From Blepharisma stoltei ATCC 30299 (Eukaryota > Protista > Ciliophora), in NCBI GenBank assembly GCA_965603825.1, contig CBFDEM010000055.1, positions 310,001-374,000 of the forward strand: DNA of 64,000 bases, given 5' to 3'. This document shows, one piece after another, positions 48,288 through 62,017 of the stretch. Position 1 is the stretch's first letter. Every line of letters starts with the position of its first letter. The position numbers and the translations under genes are program-made. Under the pieces are notes generated by a model. The model searched no databases. It was not told the origin of the DNA and saw only the letters and a list, made by a program, of their open reading frames with translations.

Positions 48288-49697
48288 CTATTTATGCTTT
48301 AATATAAGAAAACTTACATTTGATTCATATGCAATAGGGCTTTCTGTATAATGTGAATGGAAAATCTTCTCTAAAATTTCATATTCTTTCAAGCTTTCTT
48401 TAAGTGTTTCGTATAGGCTTTCCCAGAGCACTATATGAGAGTAATTATTTTTCAGCATCTTATCAGCATAATATTTCGGATTTTTAAAGAATTCATCAAC
48501 CTCTTTTATATCTGAAAAAGGTTCACAATGTAAGAAATCCATAGGAATATTTTGATGGATATGAGAGTAAAATGGGGTTCCGTGGCAGTTTATCCAAAAT
48601 GCTACACTTTTTAGGTTTTCATTTCTCAAAGTATCAGTTGTTGCTAAAGGAGCTGATTGATGTCAAATGCTTAGATAAAACGCTATAGGGATTTGCAATA
48701 AAATAATAATTCATATTAAAAATTTGTACTTGATAAATTGCATTCCATATCCTGATATAATCAAAAAATACGGAAAATAAGGCAAAAGAAATCTAAATTC
48801 TTTGTGAGGGGATAACGATAAAAAGACCAAAGAAAATAATAGAGAAACAGCAAGAATAGGAAAATTTTTAGTCTGCAATGAATGAGATATATAGAAATAT
48901 ATTCCTAATAAAAATGGTAGCAGATAAGAAATCAAAACTGTAGGTATACCATTTGAAATATATCAGTGCCAAGGATGCACTCCGTAAAATGACGACTTTC
49001 CTTGCAATAAATTAAACTCTAAAAAATTATAAGCAGTAACAGTAAATTTTCCAAAATATAAAGAATCCAATAATATCTGAAAAGAAAAGCATGTGATCCT
49101 AAATATAGTTTACCCAATTCAAAAAGTCTGGAATAACTTTTTATATTCTTTCCTATAAAAATTAAATAAATATACAGGGATTCACGTCATTATTGAAGTT
49201 GGTCTACACATACAGCATAGTCCTACAATTATATTTCAATATATATCTTTTCCTATAGTCAAAAAATACAATCCTACAGCAGTAAGAGCCATTTCAAATG
49301 AATTATTATAAGTCCTAATCCCTCCATAAAATAAAAACCAACTAGCTATCTGCAAAACAAAAGTCCATTTCGCTGCATTTTTTCCAAAAATATGCTGAGC
49401 TATTTTATAGACGTATATATCACAAATATAGAGTAAAAATCCTTGAATAATTCTAGGTAAATATGCTACAATAATAGGATAGTCTAGACTTGTGATTTTT
49501 AGAAAATAATAAAAAATTGCAAAGATTCCTGGATGAATAATGGAGCGAAGTTCACTTGTTTTTCATTCCCATGTCAGTTCTCCATACCCAAATACAAGCT
49601 TATGAGCTACTTCTAAAGATTGCCAATATTCGTCAGGGCTGAAATAGCTTCTAACTATAAGACTGTCAAAAAGTCTGAAGAGCAAATGCAATATCAT
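48288..49697 (-). CDS. PIGB: GPI mannosyltransferase 3 (PIG-B/Gpi10), one 15-nt intron
   Basis: PDEYWQSLEVAH...GYGELTWE-W, HKEFRFLLP, CHGTPFYSH; intron 49099-49113. Confidence 0.9.
49099..49113 (-). other. 15-nt spliceosomal intron
   Basis: GTAAACTATATTTAG, phase 2, A at position 10. Confidence 0.85.
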
Positions 49698-49731
49698 ATA
49701 TTTTAAATAAAATGAGAAAATTAGGGATTTA

Positions 49732-50592
49732 TTATGAAGGCTGAATGGTTTCCTCTTTAGGGATCTGCTCATTGATTTGATTATGTATAGGAAGGGGCAC
49801 GTTTTCAACTATGATATTTTCATCTTTAAAATCCTCTTTACTTTCTAATTCTTCTTTTGGTTCGTTTTGGCTAATTATAACATTTTGCTCTTTTTCAAGA
49901 TCAACACTTTCCCCTTTATCTCCCTTCATCTCACCAATTTCTTTACTAATCTCAACTTCTTTCCCAAAAGTAAAATCTTTCCTAATCACTTCTTTTTCTT
50001 CTTTTTTCCCCAAGCTAATTGTATCATTCAAATTCACAATTTTTTGCGAATGCGAAAAAGATTTTTCTTGCCTTTTATCTTCTTCTAAAGGCGGCAAATG
50101 CCCAATTCTCCCTTCAAATTTCGCGAATTTTTTTAACTTAAATAGCTTTTCTTTAGAAATCATTTTCTTTAACTGCATTATTTGGCTATATTCATCTACA
50201 GACTGTTTATAAGATATAAACGGGCTTTTTTCAGTGATTCTTTTTAGCAGCATTAAATTTTCAGCAAGTATTTTATCATTATTTTGCTTTTTCAGCTTAT
50301 AATTCAGGCTTTTTAGATGTGGAGGACTAACAGTTTGTGTCCCAACTCGTTTTTTGTGAGAAATTTCTGCAAGTCTCTCATAGAGAATTTGATTTTGGCG
50401 AAGAATGTCGCGGTTTCTAGCAATTGCCATATATGGGACTGCTTTGGCTTTTGGGGAAGGTGATGAGGATTTTTGAATTACCATTGATAAGTTGTTGCTT
50501 TTTTGGATTTTTTTTAGGCGCTGCTGGTGTAAGCATAGAGAATGCTCCATATCCCATCTCAAGCTTTGAGGCTCATTTAAGTTGATGAACAT
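49732..50592 (-). CDS. CFAP97/Hemingway-domain-like ciliary protein
   Basis: RDILRQNQILYERLAEI and KSLN...ILAENLMLLKRI repeats. Confidence 0.65.
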   Translation of the reverse strand: MFINLNEPQSLRWDMEHSLCLHQQRLKKIQKSNNLSMVIQKSSSPSPKAKAVPYMAIARNRDILRQNQILYERLAEISHKKRVGTQTVSPPHLKSLNYKLKKQNNDKILAENLMLLKRITEKSPFISYKQSVDEYSQIMQLKKMISKEKLFKLKKFAKFEGRIGHLPPLEEDKRQEKSFSHSQKIVNLNDTISLGKKEEKEVIRKDFTFGKEVEISKEIGEMKGDKGESVDLEKEQNVIISQNEPKEELESKEDFKDENIIVENVPLPIHNQINEQIPKEETIQPS

Positions 50593-50674
50593 ATCTGCAA
50601 GCTAATTTATACAAAGCCATTAAATAATTCCTCTAATGCATATAGAAAATTTCTTATAATAACTTAAGACTTAT

Positions 50675-53278
50675 TTAATAAGAAGACTTGGTTTTCTTAA
50701 CTTGAGGAGACTGTATCGAAGAACTAATAATCTCAGCAGTCGCTGGCTCTTGGTTCTCATAATACCCCTTCTCAATCAGCAGCTCTTCAATGGTAAAATT
50801 CAAAGTTTCATACGTCACCCTTTCTTTATGAAGTATCGGGACCTCATCTTTCGAACAATTATGCAGCTTCCCCAGCTCTTCTTTCAAAGTATTTGCAAAG
50901 CTTGGCTCACTAAATAGCCAATGCTTAAAAGACTCCAACATAGACCTTCTAGGATCTCTCTGCAGCCCTGGAGGTAGCTGAGTTATATAAATTAACTTAT
51001 GCAGAGTCTGAAACAAGGGCTGGACTGGGTCTTTTACTTTTTTTAAATTTGCTGACTTTATATGGACAACTGGGATGTCTGCTGATGACTTTGGCGCAGA
51101 ATTTTTTATGGTTTCCCTCAGCTGCATTTCAGTGGTTTTAAGCTCATCTACTTGTAACATCAGGACTGGGCCGATAATTTGTGATATGTGTAAGATATCA
51201 GGACGCTGGTCAGGGTTTACAGTCATGCATTTTTTAATGACATTTATCAGAAGTGGGGATAGGTCTTTCGCTGTAATCGGGGTATAGTCTTCTTCTACTA
51301 TTTTTCTAGCTATTGCTAATGGGTTTTCTCCTGAAAAAGGCTGAGATAACGTAGCAAGCTCATATAAAATGACTCCTAAAGACCAAATATCAGCCTTTTC
51401 TGTATATGGCTGCGACCTGACAATTTCAGGACATGAGTATTGGATTGTCCCAACAAAAGCATTCATATGGCCACTTGAATGTCCTCCCCTCTGTTTCGCA
51501 AGCCCAAAATCTGCAATTTTCACATGATTATCTCTTGTTATCATAATATTGGCTGGTGTAAAATCCCTATGAACCACTCTTTTATCTAAATGCAAATACC
51601 TGAGCCCTGCACACATTTCAATAAAAATCCTTCAAATTTGTCCTTCTACCAGCCTTTGTCCTTTTTCTTTTACACTTGTAATAAAATCTGACAAGGGCTG
51701 GCCTTCAATTAGTTCCATAACAATATACAAGTTTTCATTGGCTACAAAAGATGTGAAATATTGTATAATATTTGGATGGTTCAAGTTCTTATAAATTGCG
51801 ACTTCTTTGCTGAGTTTTTCTGCAAGTTTATCGATGCTTTCTTCTTCAAAATCGTTTTCAAAGTCCTGGAGAGGGATTTCTTTGAGGGCATAGCGATTGC
51901 CGCCTTTGGTTGCTTCAAAAACGGTACCAAAAGCGCCTTTTCCGATTAATTCGCCTATGACATAGCCTCCGATTTCTCGCCCTTGGGCTGGGTCTTGGGT
52001 TTCTTTCATTTCTTGGATGCCTTTTTCAATGGTTTCTAGCTCACTTTGGGAGATTGAGTTTATGATTTTTAATGTCCCTTGATAGGCGGTGATGTCTTTT
52101 ATATAATTCCCTACATCAATAAAGCTGGCAAAAATGTGAGGCGGGAAAATTCTTCTAAAATATTTGCGGTTTCTTTCAATTGAGTAGAGGAACCTTATGC
52201 ATTGTAAAGCATTTAGCTGGATTTCGTATAAGCCAGGCTTGATTTCGTCAGATAGACCTTCAGGGTAATTAAGAGGATGATACTGTATTAAGCAGTAAGA
52301 AATCAAATGGGCGCCTTGTGTTCTGATATAGACCGCAGTTTCATCGTCAAGAGTCATTTCGGTGATTAATTTTAAGGCATTTATAACCTCTAAAGGGTGC
52401 TCAGAGCTCCCTATAACTTTAAGCAGCAAACTTATAAGCCCAAGATTTTTATATTCTCTGACATTTTCAGTGTCCATACAAAGTGTTAAAATAACTCTTG
52501 ATAAATACAGTTTTGATGCTAAATCTTTACTTTTTTGAAAAGCACTATATAACTGTTACTTCATCATTATTAGATTTCCTCGCTGCAAACGGACTTGGCG
52601 TGACATTTCTTCTTTATGGCACATAACATTAAGCAAATTGGAGGCTAATTGGATAAATTCTCCTTCGTATTCGCTGATTATTCTTAATAGGAGCTCGACG
52701 ATTGAGGTTTTTTCTAAAACTTCTCGCATCTCTTGGCCTACTTAATTTTACTCTTTGGAAAGCGCAATTAAGGCTTCAAGTGTCCCTCTTGCTACAATTG
52801 CATGTGAGCTGCCTAGCATTAAAGTCAAAACTTCTGGGATTTCAAATTTTAATAACTGTTTGATTAATTGATCATTTTCGGCCATCCTTCTAATAATAGT
52901 GGCTAGTTCGACTAGCATTTCACTAAGATGCTTTGCGTGGAGGTTTGAAAAATGTTGAGTTGCGTAATTTTTCAGCATTCGGCCAAGAATTTCAGTCCCT
53001 TGTATTTCAAAAATGACTGGAAGGAGAGAAGGGTCTCGAGTTAGAATGCGGAGAGTCTGCAAAATTTTAAGCACATAGGAATAAAAATCATTATTTAGCA
53101 CGAATTGCTCAATTGATAGCCGGGCTGTAAAAATTTTAGCTAATAGTCCAGCGTATACAGGAGGAAAGGTGTATTTATCAGTGTGAGTATTGATGAATGA
53201 GTCTAAAATATCTCTTTCTTCCATAGAAGGGTTGTCATCTAACGATGAAAGTAAAGGACTGATTAAATTGTCTTTCAT
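50675..53278 (-). CDS. NEK10: NEK10-like kinase (ARM region + kinase), two 15-nt introns
   Basis: LRYLH.DKRVVHRDFTPANIM, DFGLAKQ, GTIQYSCPE and C-terminal LHKLIYITQLPP match NEK10; TGA at 51632 read as W; introns 52545-52559 and 52737-52751. Confidence 0.88.
52545..52559 (-). other. 15-nt spliceosomal intron
   Basis: GTAACAGTTATATAG, phase 2, A at position 10. Confidence 0.85.
52737..52751 (-). other. Probable 15-nt GT-GG intron
   Basis: GTAAAATTAAGTAGG; only a 3n excision restores the frame. Confidence 0.6.
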
Positions 53279-53458
53279 ATAGATATTTATAAGAAAATTT
53301 TCGAATAATTTTGCTTTAAATTTCTCTTAAAATTGATTAAAAAGACTATTATAAGCAGCCTGAGTAACTGCTAGGCTAATTCATAGAAAATTCGCCCATT
53401 TTATAGTATTTTCAATGCTTACATATGATAACCACAATAATTTTGTAGTCTAATAAAT

Positions 53459-54412
53459 ATGTTGAAAAGAGCATTTTCTTCACTTATTTTAGCTGAGCAC
53501 AACAACACTAAGCTTGCAGGAAGTGTTTATAGTGCTGTAAATGCAGCTGATTATTTCAACGAAGAAACAACAGTTTTAGTTGCAGGTGAAAATTGTTCGT
53601 CAGCAGCTCAAGAGGCTTCGAAAATAAAAGGAGTCACAAAAGTGCTGCATTATGATAACCCAGTTTTAAAAGACCATATGGCAGATGTTATGACTCAGAC
53701 TCTTCAAGCTGCCCAATCGCAATACAGATATAAACGAATTATAGGAGCCACTAGCCAATTTTCAAGAGACATCATTCCAAGGCTTGGAGGTGTTTTAAAC
53801 GTCCAGCCCATCACTGATATCACCCGCATCATGAACGAAAAATGCTTCAAAAGGCCAGGATATGCTGGAAACGCTATTTATACTGTGACAACCCATCAGA
53901 ATTTCAATCTTTTAACAATCAGAGCGACTTCATTTGATAGAAACCCATCAATAAAAAATCCTTGCACAATTGAAAGAATTGATTTAAATGTCCAATTCCG
54001 TCCTGTTATGACGTGGGTTTCTCAAAATTTAGAAGTTAATGAAAGACCTGAGCTTGGGACTGCCAAAATTATTGTGACAGGAGGAAGAGGCCTAAAAAGT
54101 AAAGAAAACTGGCATGTTGTAGAAGAATTGGCTGCAAAACTAGGAGCTGGGGTAGGAGCTTCAAGAGCTGCAGTTGACGCTGGGTTCTGTTCTAATGATT
54201 TGCAGATTGGGCAGACTGGAAAAATAGTCGCCCCTAGTCTTTATATCGCTTGTGGAGTTTCAGGAGCTATCCAACATATTGCAGGTATGAAAGATTCTAA
54301 AGTAATTGTGGCTATAAATACAGACCCAGAAGCTCCAATTTTCAGCGTTGCTGATTATGGGCTTGTTGGTGATTTATTCAAGGCAGTTCCTGAAATGATA
54401 CAAAAACTTTAA
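53459..54412 (+). CDS. ETFA: Electron transfer flavoprotein alpha subunit
   Basis: GGRGLKS, GASRAAVDAG, QIGQTGKIVAP.LYIACGVSGAIQH.AGMKDS. Confidence 0.97.
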   Translation: MLKRAFSSLILAEHNNTKLAGSVYSAVNAADYFNEETTVLVAGENCSSAAQEASKIKGVTKVLHYDNPVLKDHMADVMTQTLQAAQSQYRYKRIIGATSQFSRDIIPRLGGVLNVQPITDITRIMNEKCFKRPGYAGNAIYTVTTHQNFNLLTIRATSFDRNPSIKNPCTIERIDLNVQFRPVMTWVSQNLEVNERPELGTAKIIVTGGRGLKSKENWHVVEELAAKLGAGVGASRAAVDAGFCSNDLQIGQTGKIVAPSLYIACGVSGAIQHIAGMKDSKVIVAINTDPEAPIFSVADYGLVGDLFKAVPEMIQKL

Positions 54413-54446
54413 TAGTTTATAAGAATTTATATAGAAAAATTATTAA

Positions 54447-55487
54447 TTATTCGTCCTCTTCAAGTGGTGGTGCAGATGGTGCATAAGCTTCTGCATAGGC
54501 ATAAGAAAGTCTCTGCATGTCATAAGTCACTGGGTGCCATTCTGGAGGAGCTTCAGGAGCTGGCTTTGGGACTTCCATTATATGTGGACAGATTATTATT
54601 GGTATTTCGCAATATCCAATATTTTTTACACAGGCGTCATGGGAAGTGAAGTCAAGATTCAGCTTATAAATGCACTCAATTTTCCCTGTTTTTATAGTTG
54701 GGGCGTTATGTAAGGTTTTTTGGGTTTTTTCTAAATTTAAAAATGTGATTAAAGCTGACTCTTTTTCACAGATTTTTCCTTTTCCACATCCTTTGACCTT
54801 ATGAGATGCAATGGGTTCGTTGAAAAATGTATGGTGCTTTTTATTGCTATGCAAAATTATCTGCCTTGTCAAAGATAAAGTAATCCAATCCAAATTTGCA
54901 CCAGACTCTGAATTGTTAATCTCCATAGAAACTTGTGGCTTTTCTAATGGAGAATATGCAGTTTTATCTAATTGTGCGTTTATCCTGAATCTTCTAGTAG
55001 AACAACAGTGCCCTACTGGAATATTGCTGGATATTGCGATTCCTTCTTTGGCTTGCACTGGGTTATAGATTTCGACAGTCACTGAATTTTTTATTTTTTT
55101 ATGTTTTTCAGGCTCAATTTCAACTTTAAGTTTATAGGTGATGTCGGCTGAATAATGAGGATTTTCAAGATGGAAGGAGTTTAAAAGGTTTTCAGGTAAA
55201 GTGTAGGCATAAGGGATTTCATAGTCTCCACTCGGGATTTCTCCATTTTCCCATATCATCACGGCAGCTTTTAAGTTGATTAAATTTGTGAGCCCTTTTG
55301 CTTTTGCTGACATTGAGCCTGCACTCCAATATACGAGTTCTTTGCCTTTGAACTTCAATCAAAGGGTTGAAGCACGGACTGGCTTTTCGAACTTCATATA
55401 AATTTTCCCAGTAATGTTTGAGCCAGGAGCTGAAGAAGCTTGGTCTGCTGTAATTAAAATGCTCCTTACACTGTGTTTTCCTCCCAT
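54447..55487 (-). CDS. Alpha-arrestin-like protein
   Basis: Joins through TGA at 55359; arrestin-N/C motifs PGSNITGKI, GDYEIPYAYTLPENLLNSF, ITYKLKV, LDKTAYSP, IECIYKL; Pro-rich tail. Confidence 0.8.
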
Positions 55488-55693
55488 TTTATTAATACAA
55501 ACCCTTTTCTCTTGCGTTATAAAATGATAAGAATTTGTCAAATACTCTAAATATTTTAAAACTTAAATTGTGCATTGCTCCTGATGTGATTACCTTATTA
55601 TAAACAAATCTCATTCAATTTTTTTAAAAAAATACCTTTATTTATATAACCCTTATAAATCCATTAATAAAACCCCACAGTAATCATAATCCT

Positions 55694-56458
55694 TTACTGA
55701 TTCAATATCCTTGTAATATCCTCTCTCACAAACTCAATAATATTTTTTACTTCCCAAACACTACTTTCCTTACATTTATCAGCCAAATGATGTATTTCAT
55801 ATTGAGTTCTTTCTTCCCTGACCCTATCAAACGAGTTTCTCAAGCTTACAGTCCAATCCCTTACATTCCTCAATATTTCATGAAATAAATCAGCAGCCTC
55901 TACCAAGACTCTTAAATTCTCACTGACACTTCCTTCTATTTTCCTAAAGTCCACAATTCGTCATTCCTCCCTTGTCGCCCTGCTTAATCTTTCATCAGTA
56001 AGTGCATAATATAAATTTCCACATTGAATTATTATAGTCTCTATTGCTCTTATTGTAGGCAATGATTGCTCTATTTCTAAGCTGAATTCGCACCACATTT
56101 GGTAAGCCTGCTGAAAATTCAGCATATGGTGAGTATGATGAGGAATTAATTCAAGGGCATCTTGGGAAAATAAAATTCCTGGGAGTTTGTTGGATAAATG
56201 CAAATTTATGCCTAAAAAGTCTTGGCATGAAAGAATGGATAGAGAAATTAGTAAGCCAATGTGAACTTGCTCAGGGCGAAGATTTTTGATAGATAAATGA
56301 GCTGATAAACGATCCCAAGAACACAGTAAATCGCGACGAAGAATGTTGAGTCGCTTTAAAGCTTCTTCACCTTTACTGCAAAGTTCGTCAAAATCAGGGC
56401 GAGTTCAAGTTAGCTTTTCAGGCAGCTCTTTTGTGTGAAGACTTTCGCTGCAGCCCAT
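55694..56458 (-). CDS. Hypothetical protein with MGC (probably acylated) N-terminus
   Basis: ATG at 56458 is in frame with ORFs 55961 and 55694 through TGA codons. Confidence 0.6.
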
Positions 56459-56780
56459 TTTAAATATATGAATTATTGATGTTCTTGATATTGGAATTAT
56501 TATTTGTTAACTATATTAACTTATAGAATTGTAGAATTGCTAAATAAATGATGGTGTAAATGTTGTGCTCAATAATAACTAGAATTATAAATTTTAACAT
56601 AAATCTGATGTATAATATTATTCATTTCCTTTAAGCTGAATAGAAAAGTGTAAGCAAGCCTATTCAAAAGATTTCAAACCTAGATCATTTTTCAACTTAC
56701 AATATGAATAAATGATCACTCATTAAATAAAATTTTGATATAATTTGATAGAATAGTTTATTACTAGTATAAATAAATTA

Positions 56781-58728
56781 ATGATAGAAGAGCTGTGCTT
56801 ACTTGCAGACTCAGCTAGAGACTACGCGCTTTTAGGCTTTTACCCAGAGTCTATAGCTTTATATGAACAAGCTATTGCTTCTATAAATTTAATATCAGAG
56901 ACTTTAGCTGAAAATCTTCAAATTATAGAACGAGATATCATAAAATAGCGGTAAAATTTGGAAAGACAGCATTAATGAAGCAATCAAAAAACGTAATATG
57001 CCGGATGTCATGCAGAGACTGGAAGACGAAACTGAAAAAACGACTAGGCTTTGCAGGCTTTTATCAGAGGGAAAACAAATTACAAGAAACCTACATTTAT
57101 AAAGATGAATGCACATAACGATGAGGTAATAGGTGAAATACCCAGACTTAGGATTAGTTTCAACTAATGCACAGATGAGAAATCTAGTGCAGGACGGACT
57201 ATAGCACTGTGCAACCTATTAGAGACATAGAAACATGTACTAACAGAATGCTCAAGATATTGTCAGTTTAGAATAGGTCTACAGGAGCAGCTTGAAAATT
57301 GTACATAGACTGAAGAAGAATAGGTATGCTACAAGTTGTGCTATATAGTGAAAAATATGATGATTATGTGAAGATGATGTTGGAGAATGGAAGGGATGAA
57401 GTGGCATGTAGAGCAGATGAATAATTGAGTGGTATCACTGAGATTGCTCAAAGGAAAGAGCCAATAAATCTCGGGAGCATAAGGTGGTACAATTGAAGAT
57501 AACGAACTGATTAATAAAAAGCACATAAGAGTTGCGTTAGGCTAGGCCTAATAAAGGTAGGAATGAGATATCATAAAATATAATTTATTAAAAGAGTGCG
57601 ATACAGTCAAGTGAGCTCAGCTATCACTACGAAGATTTAAACAATTAACCAAAGTCTCTGAACCCCAAGACTTCCCTATATTTGTAGATACTTTAGAGGC
57701 AAATCATTATGAGAAAAAAATGCTGAAAAAATACAAAGGAATTTAAATAAGCAAGAAGATCTAATCTTTAACAATTATTTGGATTCAATATTGCCACTCA
57801 AGAAAAGAATTTCCTATCGAGAAAGTATTCCTTATATTTCGAGCTCAGAAGAAAGATTAATTAGCCAAATAGAAGAATGCATAATTGATTCATCTCAAAA
57901 TTTTTACTTAGAAGATATAGTAGGTCTCGATGATGCACAAGAATTTCTCTATGAAATAATAGTGCTCCCTTCACTTATGCCACAATTACGCACCTTAAGA
58001 CCACATAAAGGAATTTTACTATATGGCCCACCTGGATGTGGAAAATCAATGCTTATTTCAGAAGCATCAAAAATGGGTGGTGGAACTTATTTTAACGTTC
58101 AATCATCAGTTTTAATATCTAAATGACAAGGAGAAAGCGAAAAACTTGTTAAATTATTGTTTGATATAGCTCGATTTTATGCTCCTTCTACAATATGCTT
58201 TGATAATTGTGATGATCTTATTGGACTAACAAATCTGAGATTCGAGCTTCATAAGCAGCTTCAAATGGCAATTTTAAAACAAATTTATGATGTTTTTGAA
58301 TCGGAAAATTCTTCTAGAATAAATATAATTTTTATAACAAGCATCCCTTGAGAAATCAATTAACATTTTATTCGTCTAATTGAAAAAAAAATTATGTGCC
58401 TTTGCCTAATGAGGAAAATAGAAGGAAGCTTTTTGAGGTTTTTTTAAGAAATAGCCCGCTTGAAACGGATATTGATTGGGATTATTTGGTTTATCAAAGT
58501 CAAAATTTTTTAGCATCAGATATATCAGCTGTGTGTAGAGATGCAATTATGGTTTCTATAAGGAGACTAGGTAATGCATCTGAGAAAGAAGGAAAATCAA
58601 TTGAGAAGATAAAAGAGATTGATTTAAGAATAAGCATGGAGGATTTTAGAATAGCATTTTCTGCATTTAGATATGCTGGAGAAAGCGAAATAGATATCAA
58701 AAAATACGAAAATTGGAATTCAATATAA
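56781..58728 (+). pseudogene. Katanin p60-like AAA ATPase pseudogene
   Basis: MIT-like ARDYALLGFY at the 5' end followed by TAG/TAA stops; AAA part GPPGCGKS, SK-W-QGESEKLV, ARFYAPSTI; Walker B DE->DN; in-frame TAA near 58361 and a frameshift near 58395. Confidence 0.75.
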
Positions 58729-58831
58729 TTTATCGTCCTGTTTATTTTATTTTAGATTTAAATCAAATTTCTGAGAAAATTAATCATAAAGGTAATATTG
58801 TAATAAATCTAGTAAACATATTAGGAGCTAA

Positions 58832-59281
<450 letters not shown>

Positions 59282-59707
59282 TTATTTTTATCTATAATTC
59301 TTAATTAATTGATAAATTTAAATTTATTTAGTTAAAAAGACTTAGAAATTTTTTAATTCTTTACCCTAAGAAAACCTTAAATTGTTGATTAAAAATAAAG
59401 TAATAAGAAAAATGAGAAAAATGCAAATATAGCTATAAAAGTATTGATAAGTCTGAGAATAATGACTATAAAGAGGACAAAAGCAAAAATATGCCCCAAA
59501 GAAAACATATTTTTTTCTCAATTGCTTTATTTTAAAATAGAAAATGACTCTAACTACAGCTATAATTATTTTATTTTTTAATCAAATCTTTCATACAATT
59601 TATATTTTGAAAATTAAATGCTTCTATTGAAATTAATTCTAATTTATCATGCACCATTGACTCAGAATCCATTTAAAATAATTTGTATAATAATTATTCA
59701 AATTTAT

Positions 59708-60166
59708 TTACATAGCAAAAAGCTCTGTTCATTCCTTTGCAATGCAATCATATTTTTTTCTATCTAATCTATATTGGCGTCCAATATCTGGAACAAGTGG
59801 CCAATCTGCTTCAAAGCCTGTCAATAAAAAATTTCTAATAACTAATAAAACTTTATGCGCTGTAAGAGCAGGACTTCATTGATCCTCCAATATATCTATA
59901 GCTATTCTCCCTTTGGAATTGATGCAAGGATGATAAATTTTCGTTATGAATGAAACCTTTGGAGGCTTAAAAGGATAGTCACTCGGAAATTTAACGTCTA
60001 AGAAAAACATTCCATTTTCATAAGGAGACTGCTTAGGACCTATAAACACTCCAGTGCAATTATAAAGATCACGTTCATCATTCGGCCAAAAGCGAACATC
60101 GTCTCCGTTAAAGTTCTTTTGCTCATCCTTAATTTCTTTTATGATCCTTCTAATTGACGCTGACAT
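59708..60166 (-). CDS. Ubc4/5-like E2-fold protein lacking the catalytic Cys, copy 2 (152 aa)
   Basis: [39 protein letters not shown]. Confidence 0.85.
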
Positions 60167-60319
60167 ATTTATAATGAAGGATCTAATTAATTTGCAATAG
60201 AATTTAGTCTTTAAATAATTTTTTAAATAATTTCAAACCTTTATTAGCCAAGGCATTTTGATAATAGTTTTTTTTAAGCTTAATTATGATTAAAGCTTAA
60301 AATTTTTAAGAAAAGGAGC

Positions 60320-61669
60320 CTAAGAATCAAGCTTTATGACTCCAGAAATAGAAAGCTCGTCCTTCACCGTTGTAACAGTCGTTGGAGAAGACATCACTTC
60401 TTTTTCCATTGTAAGATCAATGGATTCTTCAGGGGATGCTCTACAGTCTTGTTTACATATATAACAAAGCTAAATAGAAATTACTTTGCTCGACTTGAGC
60501 CAATGCTTGATGCAGTCATCATGAAAAATGTGATCACAATTTAGCCTTCTGACAAGAGAATTTTCTTGAAATTCTTCCATGCAGATAGCACAGCTTTTAT
60601 CTGAAAGTTTGCCTGAAACTTTAGAATAATGAACGACTGGGAATTTTCTATTGATTATAGCTAAAGACAGTCCATAAAATCGTCTTTTATGTCTTCAGTA
60701 TCTATAATACATAACTCCCACTATTACACAAATTATAAATAATATCACTCCTAGCGTTGGCCATACATAAATTGCAATATCAGTATCTTCATTGCTCCCT
60801 CCAGCTAATTTCACATACAAATTAAAATTCTCACTTGTACAATTCAGATCATTATAAAGTGCTATATAAATCAGATCTGACATCTTTTTTACATCAAAAT
60901 CAACTTTTAATTTATAGTCATAAGCTGGAAGTAAAATCTGATAAAAAAAGCTTCTAGGCGATGGCAATTCTGCAATGCCTCTTCCCTTATAGTCAAAAAA
61001 TATCCTGCTTGAAGATTTAGTTCAGCCAAAATTAAATTTTAATGCATCATTTGATACCTTCTGACGGTTAATATAAGCATAATTCACACCTTGGCAAGGA
61101 GCATTTAAGGAATACAAATTATTTTGAGTAATTTCTATAGCTTCACTTTCACAGCCAACTCCAATGTAGCCATTCTTGCAATCACATACCCCAAGTGATA
61201 CACAAACACCTCTGGAATTGCAATCTTGAGGACAAATAATACCATCATCTTCATCTACGGAGACAACATATGTAATTTGTCCATTTAAATAATTGAAATT
61301 TCCGAATGCTATATACGTTTTGGGATAACTTGATATTGAGGAACTTTGGAATATTAAGGAATGATAGCCACATTGGGAAAATCATCCGTCATAATCCACC
61401 ATTTGGGCAGTCACTGATGACCCGTCTGAGGAAAAAGAAGGGTCTTCTTGGCCCAAAGTTAAGACTGGCTGAGATTTATCAGGCTTTTGAAGAACTTGGA
61501 CTGAAACTCGAATATATTGTTTGGATGGGGAATTCAAAACAAGCTGGAAACTGTTTCATTCTGTGGATTGTGCAATAGAAAGACTGTGACCAGGTTGTAA
61601 AATAGGAATTGAGTCGCCTAGAACTCGCGTAAGGGAAGGCAAAAAAAGTAAGGTTAGTCAAATATACAT
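60320..61669 (-). CDS. Type I membrane protein: signal peptide, EGF-like domain, TM helix, cytosolic RING-H2 E3
   Basis: ATG 61669; EGF CPQDCNSRGVC...CDCKNGYIGVGC; TM VWPTLGVILFIICVIVGVMY; RING-H2 CAIC...CDHIFHDDC..W...CYIC split by intron 60470-60484. Confidence 0.82.
60470..60484 (-). other. 15-nt spliceosomal intron
   Basis: GTAATTTCTATTTAG, phase 0, A at position 10; removal completes the RING-H2. Confidence 0.85.
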
Positions 61670-62017
61670 TATCAAGTATTTAATCTCCAATCAAAATAGA
61701 TTTTTTAATGTTGGAAATTTATTAAAGATCGTTTGGTTAGGTTGCTATAGATAATTTATAATATTAAAAGAATTATTATTGTAGGCTTTCTTGATATAAT
61801 TCTTATTATAGCTTGCAGGTGAATAAATTCCGCATACACTAAAAGTCTATTTTTACTTATTTAATAAATAAATTATATTAGAAATATCTTTTAATGGATT
61901 TTATAATATTGAAATAATTATAATTCGCATTCGAAAGACAATTAATTGAGCGAATTTTATTATTATAAATATCTTAATAATGATTTCTGCTAACGGTTTT
62001 ATAGATATTAATTTCAA

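Noticed and set aside
56781-58728. Katanin-like Walker B DE->DN as a functional hydrolysis-dead ATPase
   Set aside because: Several TAA/TAG stops and a frameshift not explained by tiny introns point to a pseudogene
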